A model generated the notes under the pieces. It had not been told where the DNA came from. It was given only the letters and a program-made list of their open reading frames with translations, and did not search any database. From a virus (taxonomy: Duplodnaviria; Caudoviricetes), in IMG/VR virus record IMGVR_UViG_3300016744_000005, positions 32,001 through 96,000 of that record: 64,000 nt of DNA, one strand, 5' to 3'. Positions 37,151 through 47,433 of this stretch are shown here, in pieces (position 1 is the first letter of the stretch; each line of letters opens with the position of its first letter). The position numbers and the translations under genes are program-made.

Positions 37151-40100
37151 ATGACTCAGACAGTATATCTATTCGACCCACATGGCGTCGATGCGAAATG
37201 TCTAATTTCGAACGAATCACGTGCAGTACCTGCCCTCGGTGGTCGGTTTCGTTGTATCATTCCGAGTGCCGCTCCCTTCTATAGAAAAGGTGCAGTAGTT
37301 AAGCATGGTGCACGTGTATTAAAAGAAGGTGTTGATTTCTACTTTGGACATCAGTATGTCCGTGGTACACATCAGACTGCTCAAATGATTTACGGCAGTA
37401 TCTTGATTTTGGATGAGACAGTAACTACTCCAGTCACACTTAGCTATCAAACATTAGGTGGACAGTATACGGTTACCGACGCTCGCATTACTGCTTATTT
37501 AGCTAATGAGCTTAAAGACCCCATCTCGTCTAGATGGGAAGACGTTTTAGCGAATGACCCATTTTTCCCACCGGTAGATATCGCTTATGATATCGATAAC
37601 TGGACTGGTGAAGTAGCGCTGATTGATGCAGTCGAACACCTCGGTGAAGCAGTAGCTGCACAAGACCCTAAAAACTCTGATGAATACACACTTTACGATC
37701 GTTGGTTAAAAGAACAGCGTAAGATCGTAGACGATAGTCTGTGGGCTGAACATCTAGCTAATCAGAATTCTACCACTACAGGTACTGGTACAGTAACACC
37801 TGGTCCAGAAGCACCTGCTACCGGCACCGACAAAGTATTAGTAGAAGAAGCGGTTAACTATATCGGTGGTTGGGCGATTAACTCTAGTAACTTCCCTGGT
37901 GAGTGGAATAACTTCAATACCTCGGTGGGGGTAGTCTATGGGGTTAGTTCTCTATATGACTATATGTTCAGTAGTGATGTAGTGGTATACAATCCATCAG
38001 TAGATCCATCTAGCTATACTACTGAGCTGCAAGGTTTAGCGTTTGATAATATCCATGAAGGCTGGGAAGCTAGTGCAGACATCGATATCGGTGGTCAAAG
38101 TTATATATTTGAACACGATTATGGTGACCGAGTTAATTTCATGTCGACACCAGACGACATCGTTAACTACATGGAATTCGCATTAAAGTGTAATGGTTTT
38201 GATATGCCAGATCAGTCACAGTATTTGGCATTCCGATTTGAACCGCAGGGGTTGTTGTCTAATGGTGCATTATCGTTGTGGACACATGACGGTGGTTTGA
38301 TCGAGCAGGTGATCTACTCTGACCCAGCCCAGGTATTACCACTGGGTAGTAAATTTGATTCGATGGGTACTGTTAGTGTCAAATGGGGTGAAAACGATAC
38401 TGAGTACTATATACAGCTGTCGTATACCAGTGAAGGTACTCCGTATGAATTACGTGTACCGAAAAGTGTAGTAACTGATGCAGTAGGTGAGTTTGGTATC
38501 GGTCCTTATGGCATTGGTGCAGTCAACGTACCTAACATCGGTGCATATAACGTTACCTTCAAATACTTAGAGGCTGATACTAGCGGTACTGCACTTAAGC
38601 ATTTTAACCTGTATGAATTGGTACGTGATGAACCAAACACTGCATTAGGTTTCGCACATCAACCTGCTGGTAGATTGATGTATGATGATGAGGTGTGGTT
38701 TTATGCAGACGGTGTAGTAGACGATGCTGACTCCTGGTGGATGTTTAATGACGATTTAGATACCGCGTACCACTACACACCACTCATTTGGGATGATGCA
38801 GTCGGTAAGTATGTCGTTGATACCGCATTACGCTCTACCAATTACAACGGGTTGTTGTCTGGCTACGGATTTACCAACTACCAAGCCAAGTGGGAGTTAC
38901 ATTACCTACGTGATCCTAACTCATTCGATAATGACACTTTACCCGAAGTCGATAACGTTACTGGGTTGATGGGGATAATCATCGGACGTACCCCAGAGTC
39001 TACTGCGGTTAATGAAACGTTTTCATTAATATTCGAATTCACTGGTGCAGGTGATGGTACTAATGAGTCTGCTCGTATTGGGGTCTGGCGTAACTATGGC
39101 GTATATGGTAAAGCACAGCGTTTAGATTACATCGATATCCCAGAACACGGTTATCGCAACAACCTAACCTATTGGGCTGATGTTAATCTCAATAGTAACG
39201 GTACTTTACCGACTGCTGTTAATATCTCAGCAGGTTATACGTCTTTGGAAGAAGGTCGTGTCCAGCTGTATTTCTACATGTTTGACGGCGGTATTGATAC
39301 TACGTTATTTGATCAAGCGATACACATCGGTTTAACTGAGTATCGTGGTTTGAATCCAACTATCCGTTTAGTGGATCTGACATCTACACCAGGTGGTACT
39401 GGTCCAGTAATTGAAGCCCCTGTCGTAACCGAAGGTACTAATCCACATGGGACACTGTGGTATAATGCTAACGCATTGAAATCTGACGGTATTGCAAAGA
39501 ATGCTAATCTGTTCAATGGTCAAACATTAGACCAGTTGACTGCTATGGTGAATGCGCAACAAGGTGTGGCAGCATCGTTGGGTGGGTTATTCCCGATTAA
39601 TGTCGAGCGAGTAATGACTGGCAATCTGATCTTAAAAGATGCCATGGGTAGCCTATGGGTTAACAGTAGTTTTAATTATTTATCGGCTGAATTATCTGCC
39701 GGTAATCAATTACTGCAATCAATCTCTTCCGTAATACTTAAAGCAGACCATAATAAAAATACAGTCGGTGCATTTGCTTCTTTGGAATCCGGTGCCAACG
39801 TATTGAAAGTGGTCTCCTCTGGTCCAGATAAAGACAACAATAAATTGTTTTTTAACGACTACCAGGTATTTACTACCGAAACACTAGCAGCTAACGTACC
39901 GATGAATGCTAATGCTACTATCGATTTACATTACGTACAGCAATCGCCTGTGACTTTCAGTGGTAAAGGATCATCTAGTTCACCGCTTAAAGCAGATATC
40001 GCTATACCGATGGGTTCTAAAACCCAGTCTGGTAGATTAGTCTTAACATCAGACTTAACATTCGATGGAGTGAATTTAAAAGCAGCTACACCAGCTGCGA

Positions 40101-43100
40101 TAAATAGTCTTCGACTACAGTTAGCCAACTTGGTACCTAATACTGTAACCGTGAATGGACATCGGTTAAATACCGATATCATTATCACTGAAACTGACTT
40201 AGGTGTGCAGAACATCACAAACACGTCTGACATGGCTAAACCAGTTAACGCGCAATATCAAGCGTTGTTGGAGCAGTATGCTGACGATGGACATGTACAC
40301 GCGTGGGATGTTTATGATGCACCGTTAGCGACGCCTACCGTAGCAGGTATTACGCATTTCAATAACGATTTGAATGATACCATTACTGAAGCACAAACTA
40401 CCGCGATTGAATCTACGGCTATTGAGAATATCTATAGCGAGATAAGTAATTTAGAATCCGCTGCTCACAGCAAGATGTTGAATAACGGTATGGATTTGGT
40501 ACAGTATGGAGATAATTCATATTTACCTATACCAGCAGTGGGTGCCTATATCGCATCTGGTCCCTCTAGTTACAGTTGGTCCACAGGGTTCCTAGTTGAA
40601 AAATCTGGTAAGTTAGTGATTTTGCGTAATGGTCGTGATTTAGTTTCAGAAGTAGTACAATATGCTTACGCAGATATTGACGGCTCCGGTGTGATTAGCA
40701 ATTACACTCCAACTATTACACCATATACTCCATCTGCACTGCCTGCTGGATTGCGAGTTACTAAAGTAATTCACAACACTGAAACCGCGATGCTCGTGGA
40801 AGTGATAAATTCCAGTAATGTCAGATCATTGCGTTATGTGCGATTAAATGGTACGTTTGATGGGACACAACATCATGTCGGTGCAGTGTCCGGAGTGCCG
40901 TATACCGCAGATGAAACTACCAGTATGGCTAGTCGTAATAGCCAGCGTATGGTACCGTTTATTGTAGGTAGTTATGCGTATGTGGTAGCACAGGTGTACA
41001 ACGCAGCCGCTAATGGCGAACTCACGGTGTCGCTATACCGTGCCCCATTAACTCCATTGGATACGAATGGTACACTTACCTTTACTCCAGTGACACTGTC
41101 TGGTAATGACTTATACACTCTGCCACAAAGCGGTACTGTGTTTCCACTGGTAAGTTATGGTGTATCACAGAACGCTGCAGATAAACCACTGATATTGGTA
41201 CCTGCTGGTGCTAGTGCCGAATGGGCGCATTTCGACATAGCTAATACTGGATTTGCGATAAATGCAGACGGTACTAAGATCCGCCTGATCTTTGGCAGTG
41301 AAGTATATGCTACTACTACTACCGCTGGTGGTGCGTATTGGAATTGTAGTGCGGTGATTGAGTTAGCCACTGGTGTACTTACCATAGATAACGGTGACGT
41401 AGCACCGATCGTGATGGATAACAGCTTAGCATCAACCAACCCGATGTGGATGTCAGATGCAGGTTTAGAGGCTACGTTCCCGATAGCGAAATGGGATAGT
41501 GAAGCGTTTACCACGCATGTAGGTGAGTATCGGTTTGGTAGCAGAAAACACCACGCCACTGGTACGTATATAGGCACTTACACAGTGTCTGATTCTGAGC
41601 TATCGATGTTTGATAGCTTTGCATTGCGTGCACGTACTGCTACGGTCGCTAACGCAGTACTGGTCGACGGTAAATATGGTGGTCCATCTCACAGCACGAT
41701 GTCATCTGTGGCGATTAACCGCGATACTATCTATGGGATCAACCGGCTAGATGGTTCTAAATGGGCACGTAAGTATACCACTACTGGATCAATACCTTAT
41801 ACCACTGCACTGGAAGGGTTTTATCCAAATGGTGTTGGGTATGTACCGTCTGATGCAGAGTTAAAATCCATTAGACACGGTATTAGTTATCTCCAATCTA
41901 CTGATACCACCGCACCAGTAGGCGGTGTAGTGTTCTCTACCAATCATCTGGTGTCTGATGCGACGTACCATGGTATTGCTGCCAGCATCACCACTACTGA
42001 GTTAGAACGGATTAGAGCATTAATTCAAACTAATTTAGCAGTAACTCCATTTGATAGTTATGTGATGTTGTATGTGCCAGCTAATCCAGCTCATCCAGTA
42101 GTAGCGATGTTCCATTGGCTAGATACACCGGTTAATAGCCTCTATACACGCCGTGTTGCGATTTATCCAGTAACCCTGAACGCACGTACTGGGGTAGTAA
42201 CTGCTACTGCTCTAGGGCTGCGTATAGCGACGTATATGATCTCTGCTGACGCTAAAGGTTATACCCGTACTGATAACAACTTTAACAGCTCAGCTATCGT
42301 GAAGCTGTCTAATGGTAATCTCTTTTACATTTGTAATGCTGCTCATCGGACCGATTATACTTCGTGGAGTGGGTATGAGTCATTCACGATGATGTATAAC
42401 ACGGTGAACATGACTTGGAGTGATATATCGAATGCTCAGCATGACTCGAACTGGAATGTTAAAGGGTGGTTAGCAGTACCTAAATATGGTGCATGTTTGT
42501 TGCAACCAGACGCATCCACCACTGCGGTTATAGCTACTCAGTTTGGTTGGAATGAGGCTGATATCACCAACGAAGTCGAGTATGGTGATCGAGTGATCCA
42601 TTCGTCCCAGGTATTATCTGGTTCGGTAATTTACTTTACTGAAAGTGAAACGTATGTGTGTAACGGTATGTCGGTGACTATACCGGCAGCTACGTTAGAT
42701 CTAGCGACGTTGTTCCCAGGTCAATGGATTAATAACCGGTTCTACATATACGTAGTTACTACACCAGGTGCTGGCGTGTTTGCTACTTATGGTTACGTGG
42801 TAAAAACTTCATTAGAAGCAGATACTACTGACCAAACTTATATCGGCTATTGTACTACAGATGCTACTAAGGTCACTAACGTGGTGGTAAACCGTGTTAC
42901 GAAATTAGGGTATTTCCGTGAGCTATTAGATCATATCAACGATCCAAATGCACATGGATTAACTGCATTAACTAAAGCAGATATAGGTTTACCATTGGTG
43001 GTCAATAAGTCACCACGGTATGAGTTAAAGACGGGGTTGTTTGGGGAAGTATTTAGCAGCTGGCACCGGTTCTCTCATGGTGTTACTCCGGTAGCATCGA

Positions 43101-44062
43101 TCGATTGGACACAACCAGCGGTACCTGCTGAACTAGATGCCTGGTCTTACTCTTCAGCTGATGACACCGTTAAATCCACTCAAAACACAGGTTCGTATGT
43201 AGGCTTCGTTTCTAATGAATCGGTAGCTGACTACACGTTTGATACTGTGGTGGGTGTAAAAGCTACTTCTACGGATATCGATGATGATATCATCGGGTTG
43301 GTGATCGGTTATGTAGAGATTGATGGGAAAGAACACACCCTGTCGGTACTGCGTATGCCGAAAGCTATCCAGGTGTCAGACTTTGGTTATGTGGCAGGTT
43401 ATCAGTTTGCGGTGTATTACGATTTCCATTTGCCTGATCAAAAGCCAGTGGCGCTCGTGGATACTATCGCGACCGATACTAACACGGGGATCTGGCGTGG
43501 CCGCTATGCACGTATCCGTGTCAATCGTACTGGCAATACCTATGTAGTCAAATCCACTGCGATCACTACGTCCAATTGGTCAGCTGCTGTCGATGCTGAT
43601 TTTATCTACAGTATGACCTTCACGTTAGACGATCTACCAGAATTGGCTAAATTCAAAGGGTCTACTCGGTACGGGTATTCGGCGTTATCTCAAATCGATG
43701 CCTCGTTTATCAATTACCAACGGCCTGACGAAGATGGTAAGAACTATTACGCGACTGCACTCGAAGCGATCCGTGCTAGTTATTTTGCCGATAATATGGC
43801 TATCATCTCTGGTGTAGTAGCTAATGGTGGTGTCATACCACTCCCTGGTGGTTTAACTGCTGGACAATGTCGGGTGTTTTTAATGCCAGATAAGTCCGTA
43901 TTGGGTGGTGGGGTAAATTTAGGTATTAAAGGCTTAAATCTATCACACGATCCAAATACCCTGGTAGTTACCTCCACGGTTACGCGGACCAATGGTATTA
44001 CCTATGGAATGCAAGCTGCGTATATCATCGTGGGACTCCCTAGCTTTAAACTATTTAAATAA
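37151..44062 (+). CDS. Giant tail-associated protein (phiKZ gp145/gp146 family), 2303 aa
   Basis: Family N-domain (FDP.G..., IIP..APFY, L.EG.DF..G, Y.TLGG), HxH fibre motif, C-terminal ConA/TSP-C-like module (DDDIIGLVIG). Confidence 0.85.
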   Translation: MTQTVYLFDPHGVDAKCLISNESRAVPALGGRFRCIIPSAAPFYRKGAVVKHGARVLKEGVDFYFGHQYVRGTHQTAQMIYGSILILDETVTTPVTLSYQTLGGQYTVTDARITAYLANELKDPISSRWEDVLANDPFFPPVDIAYDIDNWTGEVALIDAVEHLGEAVAAQDPKNSDEYTLYDRWLKEQRKIVDDSLWAEHLANQNSTTTGTGTVTPGPEAPATGTDKVLVEEAVNYIGGWAINSSNFPGEWNNFNTSVGVVYGVSSLYDYMFSSDVVVYNPSVDPSSYTTELQGLAFDNIHEGWEASADIDIGGQSYIFEHDYGDRVNFMSTPDDIVNYMEFALKCNGFDMPDQSQYLAFRFEPQGLLSNGALSLWTHDGGLIEQVIYSDPAQVLPLGSKFDSMGTVSVKWGENDTEYYIQLSYTSEGTPYELRVPKSVVTDAVGEFGIGPYGIGAVNVPNIGAYNVTFKYLEADTSGTALKHFNLYELVRDEPNTALGFAHQPAGRLMYDDEVWFYADGVVDDADSWWMFNDDLDTAYHYTPLIWDDAVGKYVVDTALRSTNYNGLLSGYGFTNYQAKWELHYLRDPNSFDNDTLPEVDNVTGLMGIIIGRTPESTAVNETFSLIFEFTGAGDGTNESARIGVWRNYGVYGKAQRLDYIDIPEHGYRNNLTYWADVNLNSNGTLPTAVNISAGYTSLEEGRVQLYFYMFDGGIDTTLFDQAIHIGLTEYRGLNPTIRLVDLTSTPGGTGPVIEAPVVTEGTNPHGTLWYNANALKSDGIAKNANLFNGQTLDQLTAMVNAQQGVAASLGGLFPINVERVMTGNLILKDAMGSLWVNSSFNYLSAELSAGNQLLQSISSVILKADHNKNTVGAFASLESGANVLKVVSSGPDKDNNKLFFNDYQVFTTETLAANVPMNANATIDLHYVQQSPVTFSGKGSSSSPLKADIAIPMGSKTQSGRLVLTSDLTFDGVNLKAATPAAINSLRLQLANLVPNTVTVNGHRLNTDIIITETDLGVQNITNTSDMAKPVNAQYQALLEQYADDGHVHAWDVYDAPLATPTVAGITHFNNDLNDTITEAQTTAIESTAIENIYSEISNLESAAHSKMLNNGMDLVQYGDNSYLPIPAVGAYIASGPSSYSWSTGFLVEKSGKLVILRNGRDLVSEVVQYAYADIDGSGVISNYTPTITPYTPSALPAGLRVTKVIHNTETAMLVEVINSSNVRSLRYVRLNGTFDGTQHHVGAVSGVPYTADETTSMASRNSQRMVPFIVGSYAYVVAQVYNAAANGELTVSLYRAPLTPLDTNGTLTFTPVTLSGNDLYTLPQSGTVFPLVSYGVSQNAADKPLILVPAGASAEWAHFDIANTGFAINADGTKIRLIFGSEVYATTTTAGGAYWNCSAVIELATGVLTIDNGDVAPIVMDNSLASTNPMWMSDAGLEATFPIAKWDSEAFTTHVGEYRFGSRKHHATGTYIGTYTVSDSELSMFDSFALRARTATVANAVLVDGKYGGPSHSTMSSVAINRDTIYGINRLDGSKWARKYTTTGSIPYTTALEGFYPNGVGYVPSDAELKSIRHGISYLQSTDTTAPVGGVVFSTNHLVSDATYHGIAASITTTELERIRALIQTNLAVTPFDSYVMLYVPANPAHPVVAMFHWLDTPVNSLYTRRVAIYPVTLNARTGVVTATALGLRIATYMISADAKGYTRTDNNFNSSAIVKLSNGNLFYICNAAHRTDYTSWSGYESFTMMYNTVNMTWSDISNAQHDSNWNVKGWLAVPKYGACLLQPDASTTAVIATQFGWNEADITNEVEYGDRVIHSSQVLSGSVIYFTESETYVCNGMSVTIPAATLDLATLFPGQWINNRFYIYVVTTPGAGVFATYGYVVKTSLEADTTDQTYIGYCTTDATKVTNVVVNRVTKLGYFRELLDHINDPNAHGLTALTKADIGLPLVVNKSPRYELKTGLFGEVFSSWHRFSHGVTPVASIDWTQPAVPAELDAWSYSSADDTVKSTQNTGSYVGFVSNESVADYTFDTVVGVKATSTDIDDDIIGLVIGYVEIDGKEHTLSVLRMPKAIQVSDFGYVAGYQFAVYYDFHLPDQKPVALVDTIATDTNTGIWRGRYARIRVNRTGNTYVVKSTAITTSNWSAAVDADFIYSMTFTLDDLPELAKFKGSTRYGYSALSQIDASFINYQRPDEDGKNYYATALEAIRASYFADNMAIISGVVANGGVIPLPGGLTAGQCRVFLMPDKSVLGGGVNLGIKGLNLSHDPNTLVVTSTVTRTNGITYGMQAAYIIVGLPSFKLFK

Positions 44063-44074
44063 GGACTAAAGCGC

Positions 44075-47000
44075 ATGGCTTTAACAGTATCGTACCCATG
44101 GGATCCCATGGGTGTCAATGCTGCGTGTTTTATTACCGGGGAGAGCTACGCGCTCTCCTCGATTAATAATACGTATCGTTGTATTATCCCGGAATCTGCT
44201 CCGTTTTACAAAAAGGACCTAGCCGTTATCCATGCTACCTCAGGCAAAACGCTGCAAGAGGGGGTCGATTACTATTTAGGTCATCGTTATTTAGAAGTCG
44301 GAGCGATTGCTTCTTTAGAGCTATACGGCTCTATCAATTTCATTAACCCTGAACTATTCGGGGAGATCAAACTGAACTACCGGACGATCGGTGGTCCATA
44401 TATTCCAGTTAAGAATAAAGTAGCTGATTATTTAGCTAACTATTTAACTGATCCACTGTCAGTCTCCTGGGAAGATGTGTTTAATAAACCGGAGTTCTAT
44501 CCAGCAGAAGACCACGAACAAATCTGGTCAGATTTTGTTAATACTGAAAATATCGCAGCTGCGGTAGACACAGTAACTGATGCAGTAAACACATATGCGG
44601 CAAATAAATCAGAAGCAGTAATCGCACATATCACTGCACGTATTGCTGCATTAGATAAATTCGTTACCGATACCCAGTTTAATCAACACATCATCGATAA
44701 AGCTAATCCACACGATGTAACGTGGGATCAAACTGATGCATTGCAAGCTACTGCTACTGCAGTAGAATCATTAAAGCTGTACGGTAAGACGTTAATCGAA
44801 TTAGCTGCCTATATCAACGCTAAAGGCATTACCCAAGCTCATTTAGATGCATACGTTTCCAAACGCGATGATGTTACATTAACCAAGAATTTAAAACTTA
44901 CTGATGGCGTAGCTATCATTAAGAGTTCTGGTTTAGCTAGTAGTGTTAATTTAAACTCTGGTAATATCATACTTTCATGCGTACACACTAATAAAGTCTT
45001 AGCCAACTTTGACGATACTGGCGATGAATCTGCTTATTTACAGGCAGGTAATAACGTATTGCGTGTGCGTGGCAATGCAGCTACTATCGGTGCTGACGAT
45101 TTAACTTATAATGATAAAGTAGTTATCCATTTAGGTAACTTACGTAAGTACTTAGGTAATATCAGTTTTGGTACAGTACATGTCACGGTACAAAACACAG
45201 CTACCGGTGCATGGACTGGTATGGGTACTGCAGTAGACCCACTGGTACTTACTCCAATTACCCCTACAGCATCTACTACAGTGGCGGGTAAAGCTAAAAT
45301 ATCGGTAGCTACTAACTCTACAGACACCACTGCGTTTGCAGCCTCGTCTGCACTAGCTAGTGTAATGGCGCAGTTAACTGGGTTTATTCCAGTTACTACC
45401 AAGATAAATGGTCGTCCATTAACCAGTAATATTACCTTTACTAAGGGTGAATATGGTTTATCTGTAGTGGATAACACCGCGGATTTAAACAAACCTATAT
45501 CCACCGCACAACAAGCTGCGCTGGATGCTAAAACACCTTTAGTACATACGCACGATTGGTCGAGTATTACGCCACCTGTAATGTCTACCACTGTAGATGG
45601 TATTGCTAAATTAGCCACTACTCGTGCTGAGGTTAGTTCAGGCGTAGCAGCTGCCCCTAGCTTGTTAAAAGTAGCGTACGACTATTATACCAATGTGAAT
45701 ACATTGATACGTACTCAACTATTAAAACGTAATACTGTGAGCATGATTCACTATATACCAGCTGGTAGTATAGGGTATCCAGCCATTACGACACAGGTAG
45801 TCTCTCCCAGCGAACCAATCGTAGACGCCAATGGTGATCCAGTACTGGATGGTGATGGTAATCCTACCTTTACCCCGGAAGTGATTGAGGATGTTTATCC
45901 TGCTTCATGGTGGGTGATTACTATGCCATCTGGAGTCCTTTACGCTAATGGTGAGAGCTACACAGTTAACGCCACCAGTATCGATTTACAGTACTGGTTT
46001 GGGGCTAATGTAACCAACCGTACACTGCATATGCATGCGGTATTAATGAATGATGGTAGAGTAGTTTATGGGGTCGAATACTCTATATTACCGGATACTA
46101 AAAGTAGTATCTATATTGGTGCATTAGTTACGAATGACACTAAAGTAGTTTCCGATACTTTATCACGTCGCGTTAGCTTTGGTATGTTCAAAGAGTTAAA
46201 AGAACATATCGATGCTACCAGTGGTGTCCACAATTTCACTGGGGATGCTGCTGCACTCGTAGGTTTAGATCTAGTAGAGAACTACCCACTCCAGCATTAT
46301 GCTCATCAGTTCTCACCACTCTCTGTGGTAAAGACCTGGTCTAAGTTTAGTTACACTGGAGCGAACGATGCGATGTGGGTAGCTAGTAATGATAATTGTA
46401 GTTTATTGTGCAATCTATCTGGATTAGCTACAGCACTGGAAGGTCGTTGGACTAAAGCCAATATGTGGGATCGATTACATTCCACTAGTACTCCGGGCTT
46501 ACTGCGAGCACAAGCAACCCTACGTGATGTGGTGTATCAGAAAGCTGCACTCTCCACCGATATCAGAACGTATTGCGATAGTACTGAATTAGTTTTGGGT
46601 GTGTATGTAGATAATGCAGGGAATACACATACGTTATCACTGGCACATTATCAATCTAGTACTGATCCTAATATAGTGCGCTCTAAGTTGTATTACAATA
46701 AAGGGTTAGCCACTGAACAGATAATCGGTGAGTATTGGCAACCTACCTACGGTATGTCGTTTGCTACACCGCCAGGTGGAGTCTACAGTGTTTGGAGTAA
46801 ATTGATACTGTATATGACTGCTGAGTATTGCAACGATAATGGTACTAAGTATATCCAGGTAGTATTGCGTTCCAACGTTGAATGGGGTAGTCCATCACGT
46901 ACTGCAGAGCAGGCTAATAACCGTACAGTGACCAAGTTTAATCTGGCTGATTTACCTGCGTTCCCGTACCGTGCTGAATTATTAGCCTCGGGTGCAATGG

Positions 47001-47422
47001 GTCTACTCACTCGGAAACCTGCGAATCACATCTATACCTGGTTTGATATTACCACACCGTATAGTAAATCAGCGTACGCTTCAGCTAACTTAATTATGGA
47101 GCTGGCGAAACGCGGTACCGGTATGGCAGTAGCACAAGGTATTGGCACTGGTATGACTAGTACTGATTATGGACTTGGGTCATCCCGTGCGATTACTCTG
47201 GTGTCACCACGGACTATTACGACTGTAGCTGGTAAAGGGATCGATACGTTTAGTTTTAGTGCGTTTCAAGACCCGAATGGTCAGATTAAAATGCTAGATT
47301 CATCGTACTTAAATCCTACCGTACAGCAAATCACTGATGGTACTTCACCGTCTACTACACCAACTTACACCGTCACTGTGATTAGCTTCAGTGATGAAAT
47401 TGATTTGATCGCTACAGATTAA
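44075..47422 (+). CDS. Tail-associated protein, gp145/gp146 family paralog 2
   Basis: Same N-domain, H....NPH motif, VDNTAD..KPISTAQQAALD.K repeat, HTH motif. Confidence 0.85.
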   Translation: MALTVSYPWDPMGVNAACFITGESYALSSINNTYRCIIPESAPFYKKDLAVIHATSGKTLQEGVDYYLGHRYLEVGAIASLELYGSINFINPELFGEIKLNYRTIGGPYIPVKNKVADYLANYLTDPLSVSWEDVFNKPEFYPAEDHEQIWSDFVNTENIAAAVDTVTDAVNTYAANKSEAVIAHITARIAALDKFVTDTQFNQHIIDKANPHDVTWDQTDALQATATAVESLKLYGKTLIELAAYINAKGITQAHLDAYVSKRDDVTLTKNLKLTDGVAIIKSSGLASSVNLNSGNIILSCVHTNKVLANFDDTGDESAYLQAGNNVLRVRGNAATIGADDLTYNDKVVIHLGNLRKYLGNISFGTVHVTVQNTATGAWTGMGTAVDPLVLTPITPTASTTVAGKAKISVATNSTDTTAFAASSALASVMAQLTGFIPVTTKINGRPLTSNITFTKGEYGLSVVDNTADLNKPISTAQQAALDAKTPLVHTHDWSSITPPVMSTTVDGIAKLATTRAEVSSGVAAAPSLLKVAYDYYTNVNTLIRTQLLKRNTVSMIHYIPAGSIGYPAITTQVVSPSEPIVDANGDPVLDGDGNPTFTPEVIEDVYPASWWVITMPSGVLYANGESYTVNATSIDLQYWFGANVTNRTLHMHAVLMNDGRVVYGVEYSILPDTKSSIYIGALVTNDTKVVSDTLSRRVSFGMFKELKEHIDATSGVHNFTGDAAALVGLDLVENYPLQHYAHQFSPLSVVKTWSKFSYTGANDAMWVASNDNCSLLCNLSGLATALEGRWTKANMWDRLHSTSTPGLLRAQATLRDVVYQKAALSTDIRTYCDSTELVLGVYVDNAGNTHTLSLAHYQSSTDPNIVRSKLYYNKGLATEQIIGEYWQPTYGMSFATPPGGVYSVWSKLILYMTAEYCNDNGTKYIQVVLRSNVEWGSPSRTAEQANNRTVTKFNLADLPAFPYRAELLASGAMGLLTRKPANHIYTWFDITTPYSKSAYASANLIMELAKRGTGMAVAQGIGTGMTSTDYGLGSSRAITLVSPRTITTVAGKGIDTFSFSAFQDPNGQIKMLDSSYLNPTVQQITDGTSPSTTPTYTVTVISFSDEIDLIATD

Positions 47423-47433
47423 AGGAGTTCTAT

